Shown one piece after another: positions 9,059 to 18,455 of a DNA stretch of 64,000 nt. Numbering within the stretch: position 1 is the first letter of the stretch; each line of letters starts with the position of its first letter. Origin of the DNA: Candidatus Undinarchaeales archaeon (GTDB taxonomy: Archaea; SpSt-1190; JASMDC01); contig JASMDC010000001.1 of the NCBI GenBank assembly GCA_030753015.1, forward strand, positions 96,001 to 160,000, given 5' to 3'. A program made the translations under genes and the position numbers. A model generated the notes under the pieces. That model was not told the origin of the DNA. It did no database searches and worked only from the letters and a program-made list of their open reading frames with translations.

Positions 9059-9718
9059 CTATGGCATCAGTAGTCTGCGGAAGGAGAACTTCTGGCCGAA
9101 CATGTTGAAGTAGACACGGTCCGGAGCGTACCGGTGCTTGGTCCACTTCAGGAAGTGCATGAAGAATGTCGGGCCGAACCAGTTGCCAGCGAAGCCGACC
9201 ATGTAGTTCTTGATCTTGTCCAGCTTCACGATGGCGTAGATGTCGCGGTTGAGGTAGTCCAGACCGGGGTGCTTGACCTGCATGGTGCCCCCGAAGTAAT
9301 TGACGAGGGGCTCAGGGAAGCCCTTTGTGATGAGGACGTCGAACGTGTTGGGCCCATGCTCGTCAGCGTCATACTGGAACTGGACCTTGAGCACGCTGTG
9401 CTCATCCGGGCTGAAGTCCGATACCTCACGGGGAGCGCGTTCTTTGCACGTCATCTGGAGGGAGAGCTCCATCTTCGAGCATTGGCACAGTTCCGCCAGG
9501 GTGCCGTCGTCGAGATTGCGCCTGTAGAGGTTCATCTCTGCACCGTAGGGATTGAAGTAGGTGAGCGTCAGGTGATCGGGAGGATTGAAGTCGAGATTCT
9601 TGGAGACATCACCCATAAGCGCATTGGAGATATTGCGGATAAGGTCCATAACCTTGGTCTTGGTATGCTGGTCCACGTTCCCGCAACCCAGGGTGAGATG
9701 ATAGGTTATAGCTCCCAT
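9059..9718 (-). CDS. Hypothetical soluble protein (219 aa)
   Basis: Open frame with strong G/C-ending codon bias from ATG 9718 (MGAITYHLTL); the longer track ORF overlaps the divergent gene; no family recognised. Confidence 0.7.
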   Translation of the reverse strand: MGAITYHLTLGCGNVDQHTKTKVMDLIRNISNALMGDVSKNLDFNPPDHLTLTYFNPYGAEMNLYRRNLDDGTLAELCQCSKMELSLQMTCKERAPREVSDFSPDEHSVLKVQFQYDADEHGPNTFDVLITKGFPEPLVNYFGGTMQVKHPGLDYLNRDIYAIVKLDKIKNYMVGFAGNWFGPTFFMHFLKWTKHRYAPDRVYFNMFGQKFSFRRLLMP

Positions 9719-9806
9719 CAACGGAATATGACACGCTCCGAGTTTAACTATTTTTCGGTAGTGTCGCCTTTTCACTCGACGACCCTCCTCACAGCCTCCG
9801 ACAACC

Positions 9807-9813
9807 TTAAATA
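9807..9813 (+). promoter_or_regulatory. Putative TATA box for the XRE regulator
   Basis: TTAAATA about 26 nt upstream of ATG 9839, consistent with a leaderless archaeal transcript. Confidence 0.5.
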
Positions 9814-9838
9814 AGAGGGAATGCCGCCACAAAGTCGG

Positions 9839-10543
9839 ATGGGTTCCAAGCAAAAGCTCGCCAAGCTCATGGCGGGGGAGATCGTGCTCTCTGAGCAACC
9901 GGGCTCTACTATCAGGAAGTGGAGGGAGCAGTTCAAGATTTCGCAGAAGGAGCTAGCAGAGAACCTCAAGGTCTCATCTTCAGTGATTAGCGACTATGAG
10001 GGAGGACGGAGGAAGTCGCCCGGTATCAATGTTATTCATCGCATCATTGACACATTGATCGCCGTGGACGAGGAGCGTGGTAGTCCTATGATCACGAGGT
10101 TCGGTTCGCTCCTCACGGGGGAGAGCTGGGGCGAGATCGTGCACGATATCCGGGAGCTGATGACGCCGATCAATGCCATGGACTTCTGTGATAAGCTCAA
10201 AGCGGATGTCATCGCTTGCGAGGAGCTCATCGATCGTGAGCTCTACGGATACACCGTGGTGGACAGCCTCAAGGCGATCCTTGAGTTCTCGCCCTTGGAA
10301 CTCGCCCGTATCTACGGTTCCACCACCCAGCGAGCCGTCGTGTTCTCCCGCGTTTCTACGGGGCGTTCCCCCATGGTGGCCATCCGCGTGACGAACCTCA
10401 AGCCGAGCATCGTTGTGATCCACGGTACGGACATCGAGGATCCGGTGGCGGTAAAACTGGCCGAGGTCGAGCGAATACCGTTGGCGATCTCTCGGCTGGG
10501 GAGCCTGGACGAAATACTCCAAACCCTTCGGACAATAGAGTAG
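9839..10543 (+). CDS. Archaeal XRE-HTH transcriptional regulator with a DRTGG-like C-terminal domain (COG1709-type)
   Basis: AGEIVLS, IRKWRE, SQKELA, SVISDYEGGRRKSPG, GYTVVDS and VSTGRSPMVAIRV motifs. Confidence 0.88.
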   Translation: MGSKQKLAKLMAGEIVLSEQPGSTIRKWREQFKISQKELAENLKVSSSVISDYEGGRRKSPGINVIHRIIDTLIAVDEERGSPMITRFGSLLTGESWGEIVHDIRELMTPINAMDFCDKLKADVIACEELIDRELYGYTVVDSLKAILEFSPLELARIYGSTTQRAVVFSRVSTGRSPMVAIRVTNLKPSIVVIHGTDIEDPVAVKLAEVERIPLAISRLGSLDEILQTLRTIE

Positions 10544-10560
10544 ATCCGAGCCCCCTTCGT

Positions 10561-10737
10561 CTAGGGTTCGTTATAGGTGATGAAGACACGGAGCGTACCG
10601 GTCGTGCCGATATAATTGTAGCTGATCCCGATGATGTTCTCACGACCGATGCTGTTGAGGAACTTCTCGGCCTCAGCTAGTGTCTTATCGTTGGCGCCCG
10701 GGAGGATGCTCCCACCGAATCCTTTTATCTTGATCAT
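10561..10737 (-). CDS. Small 58-aa protein, tandem paralogue 2 (not in ORF track)
   Basis: Hand translation MIKIKGFGGSILPGANDKTLAEAEKFLNSIGRENIIGISYNYIGTTGTLRVFITYNEP*; colinear with the adjacent 58-aa ORF. Confidence 0.85.
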   Translation of the reverse strand: MIKIKGFGGSILPGANDKTLAEAEKFLNSIGRENIIGISYNYIGTTGTLRVFITYNEP

Positions 10738-10761
10738 GGTACAACCTTCCAGTTCGTGCCC

Positions 10762-10938
10762 TCAAGGCGAGTCGTAAGTCAGAAAGACCCTGAGGGTCCC
10801 TGAGGTCCCGATGTAGCAGTATTTAACATCGATGATATTGGCCCGTGTGACCGAATTAAGGAATGACTCCGATTCCCGAAGCGTCTTCTCATTGGAGCCA
10901 GGGAGCAAGCTTCCGCCGAACGTCTTGATTCGTATCAT
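10762..10938 (-). CDS. Small 58-aa protein, tandem paralogue 1
   Basis: MIRIKTFGGSLLPGSNEKTLRESESFLNSVTRANIIDVKYCYIGTSGTLRVFLTYDSP*; SD-like AAGGTG upstream; paralogy supports coding. Confidence 0.85.
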   Translation of the reverse strand: MIRIKTFGGSLLPGSNEKTLRESESFLNSVTRANIIDVKYCYIGTSGTLRVFLTYDSP

Positions 10939-11046
10939 CGCCGCCACCTTCGATTTCTCATAAGGGGGGAAAACAATAAATAGGTTAGTCGGGCGTCGAG
11001 AACCTAACTCCGGTACTCTTCCCTGTTGCCGGTTGCGAAGGCGGTT

Positions 11047-12270
11047 GTGTTGCTCAAGGTCGTGAAGTTCGGAGGCTCGAGTGTTGCTTCGGGCGAGAAG
11101 GTGGCGCGTGCAGCAAAAGCTATCGTCCAGGACGTGAAGCGTGGGAACCGTATCGTGGTCGTGGTATCGGCCATGGGCGATTCTACGAACCGCCTGCTTA
11201 CCATCGCAAATGGTGCTTGTGGGGGATCTCCGGCGCCGGAGGACCTTGATGAGATTCTTGCCATGGGCGAGCGGATATCTATACGTATGTTCGCGGCCGC
11301 GCTCCGTTCCCTGGGAGCGGAACCCGTTTTGGTGGATCCTCAGACATCGCTCTGGCCCGTCATCACTGACTCCACTCCCGGGAGCGCCAAGCCGGACCTA
11401 GCCAAGACAGCGGTCCGGGCGCGAGAGACCATGCTGCCGTTGCTTGAGGAAGGGAAGATCCCTGTCGTGGCCGGATTCATTGGAATCGACGGAGCGAACC
11501 GCATTACCACCATCGGCAGAGGAGGTGGGGATACGAGCGCATCCCTCATGGGAAACGTGCTCCATGCTGATGAGGTCGTCATCGTGACCGATGTGGACGG
11601 CATCCTCTCCGCCGATCCCCGGGAGATCCCTGATGCCCGGATTCTGAACTGCATCACTGTCCAGGAACTGTGGGATCTGGCAGTGAACGGTGCGGGTGTC
11701 ATGCATCACCTCTCTCTGAGGTACAAACGGAAGGGAACCGTCATCAGGGTAGTGAACAATGAGAAGGGAGATATAATGACAAAGGGAACAGAGATAACCG
11801 GTGAGCTCGAAAGTGTTGGATTCCTCGTGGGGCTGGGCAAGGAGCCGAAAGCAGCAGTGACCGTCGTGGGCGACCAGATGGACCAACGCCGTGGACTCCT
11901 CTACAGGTTCTCCCGGCAACTGTCCGAGGCGGACGTCACCATCTACTCAATCTCAGCATCTACCTACTCCATCACGTTCTATGTGGACGAGAAAATGGAG
12001 CGCACTGCGGTGGCCAGCCTCCACGAACTCGTTGTCGAGGACGACAAGCTCAAAGCGGTCACATCCCGGGGCGGCATCGGGCTCATTACCGTAGCGGCCC
12101 AGGGCCTTCAGGACAAGGCGTCGATGCTCTCTCGCATCGGTACCCTTCTAGAGGAGCAGGGGCACCAGCTAATCGGAGTAAACACTTCAACGGCCGAGCT
12201 CACCCTCCTTGTTGAATGGGAAGACGCAGAGGCATGTCGGGACGTCCTACACTCAGGTCTCGCATCATAG
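11047..12270 (+). CDS. lysC: Aspartate kinase with C-terminal ACT domains
   Basis: VVKFGGSS, VVVVSAMG, TTIGRGGGDTSA, TDVDGILSADPR; ACT repeats; exact start (GTG 11047 or TTG 11050) uncertain. Confidence 0.93.
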   Translation: MLLKVVKFGGSSVASGEKVARAAKAIVQDVKRGNRIVVVVSAMGDSTNRLLTIANGACGGSPAPEDLDEILAMGERISIRMFAAALRSLGAEPVLVDPQTSLWPVITDSTPGSAKPDLAKTAVRARETMLPLLEEGKIPVVAGFIGIDGANRITTIGRGGGDTSASLMGNVLHADEVVIVTDVDGILSADPREIPDARILNCITVQELWDLAVNGAGVMHHLSLRYKRKGTVIRVVNNEKGDIMTKGTEITGELESVGFLVGLGKEPKAAVTVVGDQMDQRRGLLYRFSRQLSEADVTIYSISASTYSITFYVDEKMERTAVASLHELVVEDDKLKAVTSRGGIGLITVAAQGLQDKASMLSRIGTLLEEQGHQLIGVNTSTAELTLLVEWEDAEACRDVLHSGLAS

Positions 12271-12315
12271 GCGGGCTCTAAGCTTATTATAGGTGTGGGG
12301 AGTACCGAGGCACGC

Positions 12316-14100
12316 ATGTCGCGCTCTGTAGGGCCTTTGGTGGCCGCCCTCATCATCTTGGTACTCGCCTTCGATGTACTCTCTATCCTCTCCCTTGAAC
12401 CTCGTCTCCCACTGCCACACGACGGCGCGTTCACGATACTCGCCGTCCATGGGGACGTGAACGCAGATGGAAGAATGGACACATTCCATGTCAGATCATC
12501 ATACTCCGGAAGCGGAGAACAACCGGTCCTTTTCCAGACTCTGCAGCTCTACACCTATAATTTCACGATACGGTCGTTGGCCCTCGACAGGATCGACTGG
12601 AGGAAGCTAGAGGGCGCCAATGACACGATGTATCGGAATGGGGATGTGGTGGAACACTTCCTTCAGGTCCCGGCCAGTCATGCACTGGACGGTGCAATGA
12701 TGCTGACCGTATCCTTTGATCCCGATCCGCGTAGGGGATTCTCCAGCGTCAACGCCACCTTTCGCCTCCCCCCCTCGCTTGAGCACGGGGCCACGATCGA
12801 TATCACTCAGGCACGTCTGAAGGATATCGTGGTCCTGGAACAGGACAACTTCTCCACCAACACCGACGAGACGCGGAACACTACGTCGATGATGCAGGCG
12901 GAGGGTCTGGCGGTCCCGGTCATGCTCATGATCCTCATTGCTCTTCTCGTCCATGCAGTGCGACGGGACCGGCCTTGGCTACGCTCCCTTGGACGGAGCT
13001 GGTGGGTATCTATGGTACTCATCCTCATCGCAGCCCTCTTTCTGCGTGTGTGGTACGGGGATCTATTCCAGCGTACACAGATCGTCAATAATATGCGCAA
13101 CGTACGGTTCGCCCAGCACTTGTTAGGGGGATCGACGATCTTCTGGTCTTTCGGTTCAGGACATCCCTATATCCTGTCCATAGTGTATGCCGCTTCAGGG
13201 ACGGGTGTATCTGCCTGGGGTGCCGAAGGGACAGCCATGGCCGTGTCACTCGCCGTATCACTGGTCCACGTGCTCGCTCTCGGTCTCCTCGGTGCCGCGT
13301 TCCTCAGTCCGCGCGCAGGCCTGGCCGCAGCAGCCCTTCTTACTACTCTCCCTCTCGATCTCCTTTACGCCACGACAGTCCGGCGGGACGGGCTGGCGAG
13401 CCTCTTCATGACCGTCTCCTTATTCCTCATGGTGCGTGGCTCCCGGTCGAGCTCCCGCTCCCACCTGTATGCGGGTGCTGCTGCCATGGGGATGGCCCTG
13501 TTCACTGTTCGACCCCTCTTGGTCATCCTGGTCCCCTGGTTGGCTTTCCTCATCCTGGCGTGCGACCTTCCTCCCCGCCGGCTCAAAGGCCCGCTCGTCT
13601 TCCTGCTCCTGGCCGCGGCCCTACCCGCACTGGCCCTTATGTTCGAGGCCATGACCTATATTGACGGAACACCCATCTTGGGCGGGATGATCCTCACTCC
13701 GGAATACCTGACGGCCAATGCCGGATGGATGGTATTCTACCTGTTCGGGGGCGACCACCATGCATCGCTCATCACACTTCTGGCCATAGTGGGCGTGCTC
13801 TCCCTGAGACGTCGAGGTCCCGGGAAAGCAGCGTCGTTGGCGGCATTCCCTATCATGATGTCTCTCTTCTTCATCGTCCACCGCGTCCCCATCGCCTATT
13901 GCACCTCGCACCGCCACCTGATCTTCCTCTATCCGACCCTCCTTCTGATGTCGAGCGAGGGTGTTGCCGAGGTGTGGAAACGCTGGCGGGAGCGGTACGG
14001 GAGCGAACCATTGTTAATCTTAGCGTTGGCAGCGCTCTACATCATAGGTGTGCACGCTGGTTATCTGGATGGAGTGCTCGCTCTCAGGCGGTGCATCTGA
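12316..14100 (+). CDS. GT-C fold (ArnT/PMT-like, GT39/GT83) membrane glycosyltransferase with an N-terminal extracellular domain
   Basis: N-terminal anchor, about 170-aa soluble domain, then many TMs with ALFLRV, GHPYIL, PRAGLAAAALL..PL, RRDG and HRHLIFLYP motifs. Confidence 0.75.
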   Translation: MSRSVGPLVAALIILVLAFDVLSILSLEPRLPLPHDGAFTILAVHGDVNADGRMDTFHVRSSYSGSGEQPVLFQTLQLYTYNFTIRSLALDRIDWRKLEGANDTMYRNGDVVEHFLQVPASHALDGAMMLTVSFDPDPRRGFSSVNATFRLPPSLEHGATIDITQARLKDIVVLEQDNFSTNTDETRNTTSMMQAEGLAVPVMLMILIALLVHAVRRDRPWLRSLGRSWWVSMVLILIAALFLRVWYGDLFQRTQIVNNMRNVRFAQHLLGGSTIFWSFGSGHPYILSIVYAASGTGVSAWGAEGTAMAVSLAVSLVHVLALGLLGAAFLSPRAGLAAAALLTTLPLDLLYATTVRRDGLASLFMTVSLFLMVRGSRSSSRSHLYAGAAAMGMALFTVRPLLVILVPWLAFLILACDLPPRRLKGPLVFLLLAAALPALALMFEAMTYIDGTPILGGMILTPEYLTANAGWMVFYLFGGDHHASLITLLAIVGVLSLRRRGPGKAASLAAFPIMMSLFFIVHRVPIAYCTSHRHLIFLYPTLLLMSSEGVAEVWKRWRERYGSEPLLILALAALYIIGVHAGYLDGVLALRRCI

Positions 14101-14316
14101 GCCCTGACAGCAGGAATCCCTCTCTATGGTCGACCCTCCTTCTGCATGCGCTGGTACGGGAAATCCGAGCCCTCCAGGCGATAAAGCCGTGTGTTAGGGG
14201 AAGTATATTATGTGTAATTCTTACCTAATTTATTACTCCCTTTCGTCTTCGTGACCTTTCTCCACTTTCTTGCTGCGGGTGAGTGTGTGGTCGCAGTCAA
14301 TAGCAGCGCGTGAGGC

Positions 14317-14736
14317 CTACTCACCGATGACCTGGCATATGAGACTTCGACGCCTTGAGCGGGTATCGAGTTCAACGAACACGGCCTGCTGCCATGTGCC
14401 GAGAACGAGCTCACCCTTGCGGAAGGGGATGGTAAGGCTTGGTCCAAGGAACGCAGCTCTGACGTGGGAAGAGCCGTTATCGTCGTTCCATGTCATATGG
14501 TGTGCGTAGTCCGCGTTCCGTGGAGCTATTATCTCGAGAGCCCTTGGGATATCCTTGAGGAGCCCGGGTTCGTACTCGATGGTTGTGAGAGCACCTGTAG
14601 ATCCGGGGACGAACACGCATACAACGCCATTATCCAGCCCGGACGAGCGTACAATGTCGGCGACCTTGCTGCTGATATCGACGATGTGGACGGCTCCCTT
14701 GGTCTTGATAGTGAAGTCCTCCGCATGGACGGCCAT
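14317..14736 (-). CDS. yjbQ: YjbQ/UPF0047 secondary thiamine-phosphate synthase family protein
   Basis: VFVPGSTGALTTIEYE, DNGSSHVRA, LVLGTWQ..FVELD. Confidence 0.93.
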   Translation of the reverse strand: MAVHAEDFTIKTKGAVHIVDISSKVADIVRSSGLDNGVVCVFVPGSTGALTTIEYEPGLLKDIPRALEIIAPRNADYAHHMTWNDDNGSSHVRAAFLGPSLTIPFRKGELVLGTWQQAVFVELDTRSRRRSLICQVIGE

Positions 14737-14784
14737 GTCCGGCCCGATGCGCACGGGTGTTTAAATATCGATGGGCGCCCCTAC

Positions 14785-16053
14785 CTATCCAATGGGCATG
14801 TAGTACAGCTGCCCCTCCGAGTCGCGCATGAAGTAGGCGTCGAAGGTCCCGGCGTCCACCGCAGTTGCCTTCTGTACCTCCTCGCCCTCCATGTAGAACA
14901 CGTTGAACGTCACGTTGTGCTGGAATGTGTGGAGTGCTTGCTGAAGGGAGTGGGGCGTTATAGGCTGGTAGAGGGTATTGGGCAGTCGCTCGGGTGCGTT
15001 CTCCGTGATGTAGGTCAGCATGGCCTTCGGATCCCGCTCGGCCAGATCGTCATCAAGGACATAACGGTTCTGTCCCGTGAGCTCGTTCTCATCCCTCTCA
15101 TACGTCCGCTCAAGCTCCTTCCATGAGAGAGAGCCGTCCATGCGCTGTCTTGCAAGCCCGCCCAGCTCTTTTGCTAGCGTTCCTGCATCGCGGGCGATGT
15201 CATCTATGTGGTCGGGTATATTGTCGATCCCATACGCTTTGTCGAGGCGGTTGAGCACGTGGAATCCGGCCTTCGCATATGGGCATTTGAAGCCCTCGTT
15301 CACAGTAGTAGTCCACCGCAGCAGGTCCCTTATGAGGAGCGAGCGCACGTTGGGACCAGCGCCGTCACGCTCCGCGAGCTCGAGGCCCTTGACCGTCGCG
15401 TAAGCTTCGCTCAGACCTATATCCTCATAACTACGCAGGAAGTCATTGGCCGTCGAGGCATCAAGATCCGCCACGAGGTCAGCATGACCGAGCTCGTGGT
15501 ATTTGGTTGCAGCCTTGTACTCGTCCCGGCTCATATCATCTTGATGGATCCCTGTAATCACTTCATTGACCTTCTGTACGAATTCTTGGGGCAGGTGGGT
15601 CGATTCAATGGTGTCCTGCTCCCGGTATGTGCTCATACCATGATCGATGAGAGAATCATCCTTGAGGAGGACGGTCGTCCCGTCAGGGTGGCGTTCTGTG
15701 AGCCCAGTAGTGCCCTGCCGCCCATCGCTCTCTGCTAGAGTCGCGACCTCATAGATATCGATCCCTCGGGCATCGTCGCGCTCATGACCTTTGACGTGGT
15801 ACACGCCGAGCGAACTTCCACCGACATCGAGTAGGGTGTCCCCTGAGCGGACGGAGAATGAACCAAGGTCATTATACACTTCGTCCATATGCTTCGCGAG
15901 AGTGTTCACTGCCTCCTTTGCTGACGAAGCGGACGCCACCTCATTGAGATAGTCCGGGGCGTCATCTGGTAGTGTCGCTGCTGGCGTGTCCTCGAAGTAT
16001 GACGCGATGGCGGTGCCAAGGAGCTCACGGAGCTCGCCAACATCACTACTCAA
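14785..16053 (-). CDS. Acidic hypothetical protein with HExxH..E zinc-metallopeptidase signature
   Basis: KYHELGHA followed about 20 aa later by SEAYA; TTG 16053 start inferred from the AT-rich promoter-like sequence upstream. Confidence 0.6.
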   Translation of the reverse strand: MSSDVGELRELLGTAIASYFEDTPAATLPDDAPDYLNEVASASSAKEAVNTLAKHMDEVYNDLGSFSVRSGDTLLDVGGSSLGVYHVKGHERDDARGIDIYEVATLAESDGRQGTTGLTERHPDGTTVLLKDDSLIDHGMSTYREQDTIESTHLPQEFVQKVNEVITGIHQDDMSRDEYKAATKYHELGHADLVADLDASTANDFLRSYEDIGLSEAYATVKGLELAERDGAGPNVRSLLIRDLLRWTTTVNEGFKCPYAKAGFHVLNRLDKAYGIDNIPDHIDDIARDAGTLAKELGGLARQRMDGSLSWKELERTYERDENELTGQNRYVLDDDLAERDPKAMLTYITENAPERLPNTLYQPITPHSLQQALHTFQHNVTFNVFYMEGEEVQKATAVDAGTFDAYFMRDSEGQLYYMPIG

Positions 16054-16143
16054 TAGTAGTAATAATACATTCCTGCAATTTAAGTATTTCGGTTTAACTC
16101 CGTGGGTGAATACATTTAAGCATGAGGCACCGCTCGCATCCCG

Positions 16144-16935
16144 ATGGTCTCCTTTCTCCCGGGAGGGCCTATAGCACTGCACGGGGGCGTCGCACTCCTC
16201 CTGATGACTGTACCAACCCTTCTTATCCTCTCGGCCATCGTACGCGAGGTCTCAAGGACCTTGTTGTGCACGGACTGCCGCCAATGTACTGCGGTATGTC
16301 CTGTCGTGACCATCGCACGGGAGCTAGATAACAAGGAGGGGGACGGTAGGGCCACATTCATCGGACCCGCTGAGGTCATGCGGTCGCTCCGTGCTGGAGA
16401 TGACAAGCGGATCATAGAGGGGGGACTTCATATCTGCTCGACATGCCGTAATTGCGTGGAACGATGCCCTCGTGGACTGGATGCAGAGGCAATGGTGCTC
16501 GCGGGAAGGAGCATCCGATTCCGAAGGGAAGGCGCTACTGATGGTCAGGTCAAGCTCCTTGAGCGGCTCGACAAGGCAAGAAATGTCCTTGGTGAGACCA
16601 AGAGCCGACCCGATCCTGCCTCGCAGGCCCGGTCCATTCTAAAGAGTGCCAAGCAGCTTGAGCGGCACCTCGAAGATAAGGAAAACGAGATATCGTCAGA
16701 AGACGGTCCGGATCAGATCCTAGATAAGAATGTGGATGGGACTGACGATACGAAAGTCATGAAGGCGGATACTGAACCTGAACGTATACCTAAGGTAAAA
16801 AAGACCGTGAAGCCGAACAAGGATTCAAAGAGCAATCGGTCAAAGAAGCTGGTGAAAACGAAGGCCTCGAAAAGATCTGCGAAGAAGGACGCCGGAGGGC
16901 GGAAGCGATCGACAGGGCCATCGGAGGGATCGTAA
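16144..16935 (+). CDS. Membrane-anchored 2x[4Fe-4S] HdrC-like protein with Lys-rich disordered tail (operon gene 1)
   Basis: N-terminal hydrophobic helix; CTDCRQCTAVCP and CSTCRNCVERCP; TTTAAG box about 25 nt upstream. Confidence 0.85.
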   Translation: MVSFLPGGPIALHGGVALLLMTVPTLLILSAIVREVSRTLLCTDCRQCTAVCPVVTIARELDNKEGDGRATFIGPAEVMRSLRAGDDKRIIEGGLHICSTCRNCVERCPRGLDAEAMVLAGRSIRFRREGATDGQVKLLERLDKARNVLGETKSRPDPASQARSILKSAKQLERHLEDKENEISSEDGPDQILDKNVDGTDDTKVMKADTEPERIPKVKKTVKPNKDSKSNRSKKLVKTKASKRSAKKDAGGRKRSTGPSEGS

Positions 16936-17768
16936 TGCACCGCATGGTCTTCGACGGTTGCTTATACGGACTACAGCTACTTGACACAAGATATGCGGTG
17001 CGATACCTTCTGAAGAAGCTCGGGATCGAGGTGACTGAACCCACAAGGGACATCTGCTGTGGGAGACCGTCATCGTTCATCGGCGACATGGCAGGAAAGG
17101 ACAAGCTCATCAACATCTCCGTCAGCGGCTGGGGTCGCACGCAAGGTTCTGTGGACGAGGTTCTGGTGTCATGTCCGGGTTGCGGGACTGCGCTCATGGA
17201 TTCTGCCGATGTGGCACGAAGGGGCATCGAGGTGACCCACTTCATCGAACTCCTTCCCGAGAAGATGGAGTTCCTCCGCAAGAGCGGGCTCGGAGAGGTG
17301 AACGCTCGAGTGACCGTTCATTTCCCTTGCCATCTCAGCCGGGGGATGGGTGTGGACAATGCGGTCATGGTGGATGTCCTTAACGCGATTCGTGGCCTTG
17401 AGATAATCGAAATGGAGGAGGCTGGCTCGTGCTGCGGTGGCTCGGGCGGCCTCAGAGCGAGTGATCCCGCGGTGGCTAAAGTCTTACGCTACCGCAAGAT
17501 ATGTAATGCCCTGGCAACCAAGGCCGACCTAATCGTGACAGCGTGCCCCCGATGCGAAATCTCCCTGAGCGAGGCCCTCGCGGAGGTGGCCGCCGACGAG
17601 GACGCGGATCCCGCCCTGCGCAAGACTGCTGCAAACATGAAGGTCGTATCCTTAGCCTTCCTGGTGGCATTTGGTATGGACGACTTCACAAAGAACCTAG
17701 AGCGTGTGCTTACCGAAGCCAAGGAGCGACTTGCCGCTCGGAAAGCGGCCGAGGAGGGGATGATCTGA
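16935..17768 (+). CDS. HdrB/GlpC-like protein with two CCG domains (operon gene 2)
   Basis: FDGC..ICCG..SCPGC and HFPCH..SCCGGSGG..TACPRC; TAATG overlap with the upstream gene; GGAGG SD. Confidence 0.9.
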   Translation: MHRMVFDGCLYGLQLLDTRYAVRYLLKKLGIEVTEPTRDICCGRPSSFIGDMAGKDKLINISVSGWGRTQGSVDEVLVSCPGCGTALMDSADVARRGIEVTHFIELLPEKMEFLRKSGLGEVNARVTVHFPCHLSRGMGVDNAVMVDVLNAIRGLEIIEMEEAGSCCGGSGGLRASDPAVAKVLRYRKICNALATKADLIVTACPRCEISLSEALAEVAADEDADPALRKTAANMKVVSLAFLVAFGMDDFTKNLERVLTEAKERLAARKAAEEGMI

Positions 17769-18451
17769 TCATCGGATACCTTGCGCTCGCACTGTTCCTC
17801 GCGACCATCGTTCTCTCACTGAAGGGTGTCATCCCCCAGGACCGTATCCCAATTCAGACGGCGCTGCTCGGTGTGACACTCCTCATAGTGCTCATATCCG
17901 TGATCGGTGCTCGTCAGGGACTGGCGCGCACTATCACTCCCACGGACCTCTTGGCTTCCATTCAGATCCATCCCATCACGGCTCTGATCGCTGGATTCTT
18001 GGCCGTCGGTGGGCTGGAAGCGGCTGGTGCCTTCGAGGCACTGGTGGATGCCCTCGACAGGCTCGCCTTGTTCAAGATCGGTGGGATTGAAGTATTTGGT
18101 CTTCCGGGGGTCGTGGTCCTGCTCGTCAATACACCCGCCATCCTCGCCCTCCCCTGTGGCCGTATACTTGGTGCCGCGCTGCTCCCGGCAGCCCTCTTCC
18201 TTGGACGGGCCGTGGCCGAACGACAGGACGACAATCGCTTGGTGGCGGTAGTTGTGTTCGCTTTCACGGTCAATGCCGCAGCATCATGCGCGCCCTCGCT
18301 CCTTGGAGGTCTCGGAATGATAGGTGAAGGTATGACGGGTCAGCCGTTCGGCACTTTCTCGAACCCTCTACGGGCGGGCATCATGGCTGGGACCGCCTTT
18401 ACGGCAGTGGTCCTCGGACGGCTGGCGCCCCTGAAGGTAGGAGGGCGATAA
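17765..18451 (+). CDS. Polytopic membrane protein A with conserved LPCGR / NAAASCAPS motifs (operon gene 3)
   Basis: Multiple TMs; paralogue of the next gene; probable CTG start 7 nt after GGAGG, overlapping the upstream TGA. Confidence 0.8.
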   Translation: MIIGYLALALFLATIVLSLKGVIPQDRIPIQTALLGVTLLIVLISVIGARQGLARTITPTDLLASIQIHPITALIAGFLAVGGLEAAGAFEALVDALDRLALFKIGGIEVFGLPGVVVLLVNTPAILALPCGRILGAALLPAALFLGRAVAERQDDNRLVAVVVFAFTVNAAASCAPSLLGGLGMIGEGMTGQPFGTFSNPLRAGIMAGTAFTAVVLGRLAPLKVGGR

Positions 18452-18455
18452 GATC

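Noticed and set aside
14100-14317. AT- and pyrimidine-rich gap between convergent genes as a possible ncRNA
   Set aside because: No convincing stems or known RNA motifs; consistent with a terminator region
17760-17768. TGA at the end of the CCG protein as possible selenocysteine readthrough
   Set aside because: All Cys motifs are complete before it, and the next gene is in a different frame
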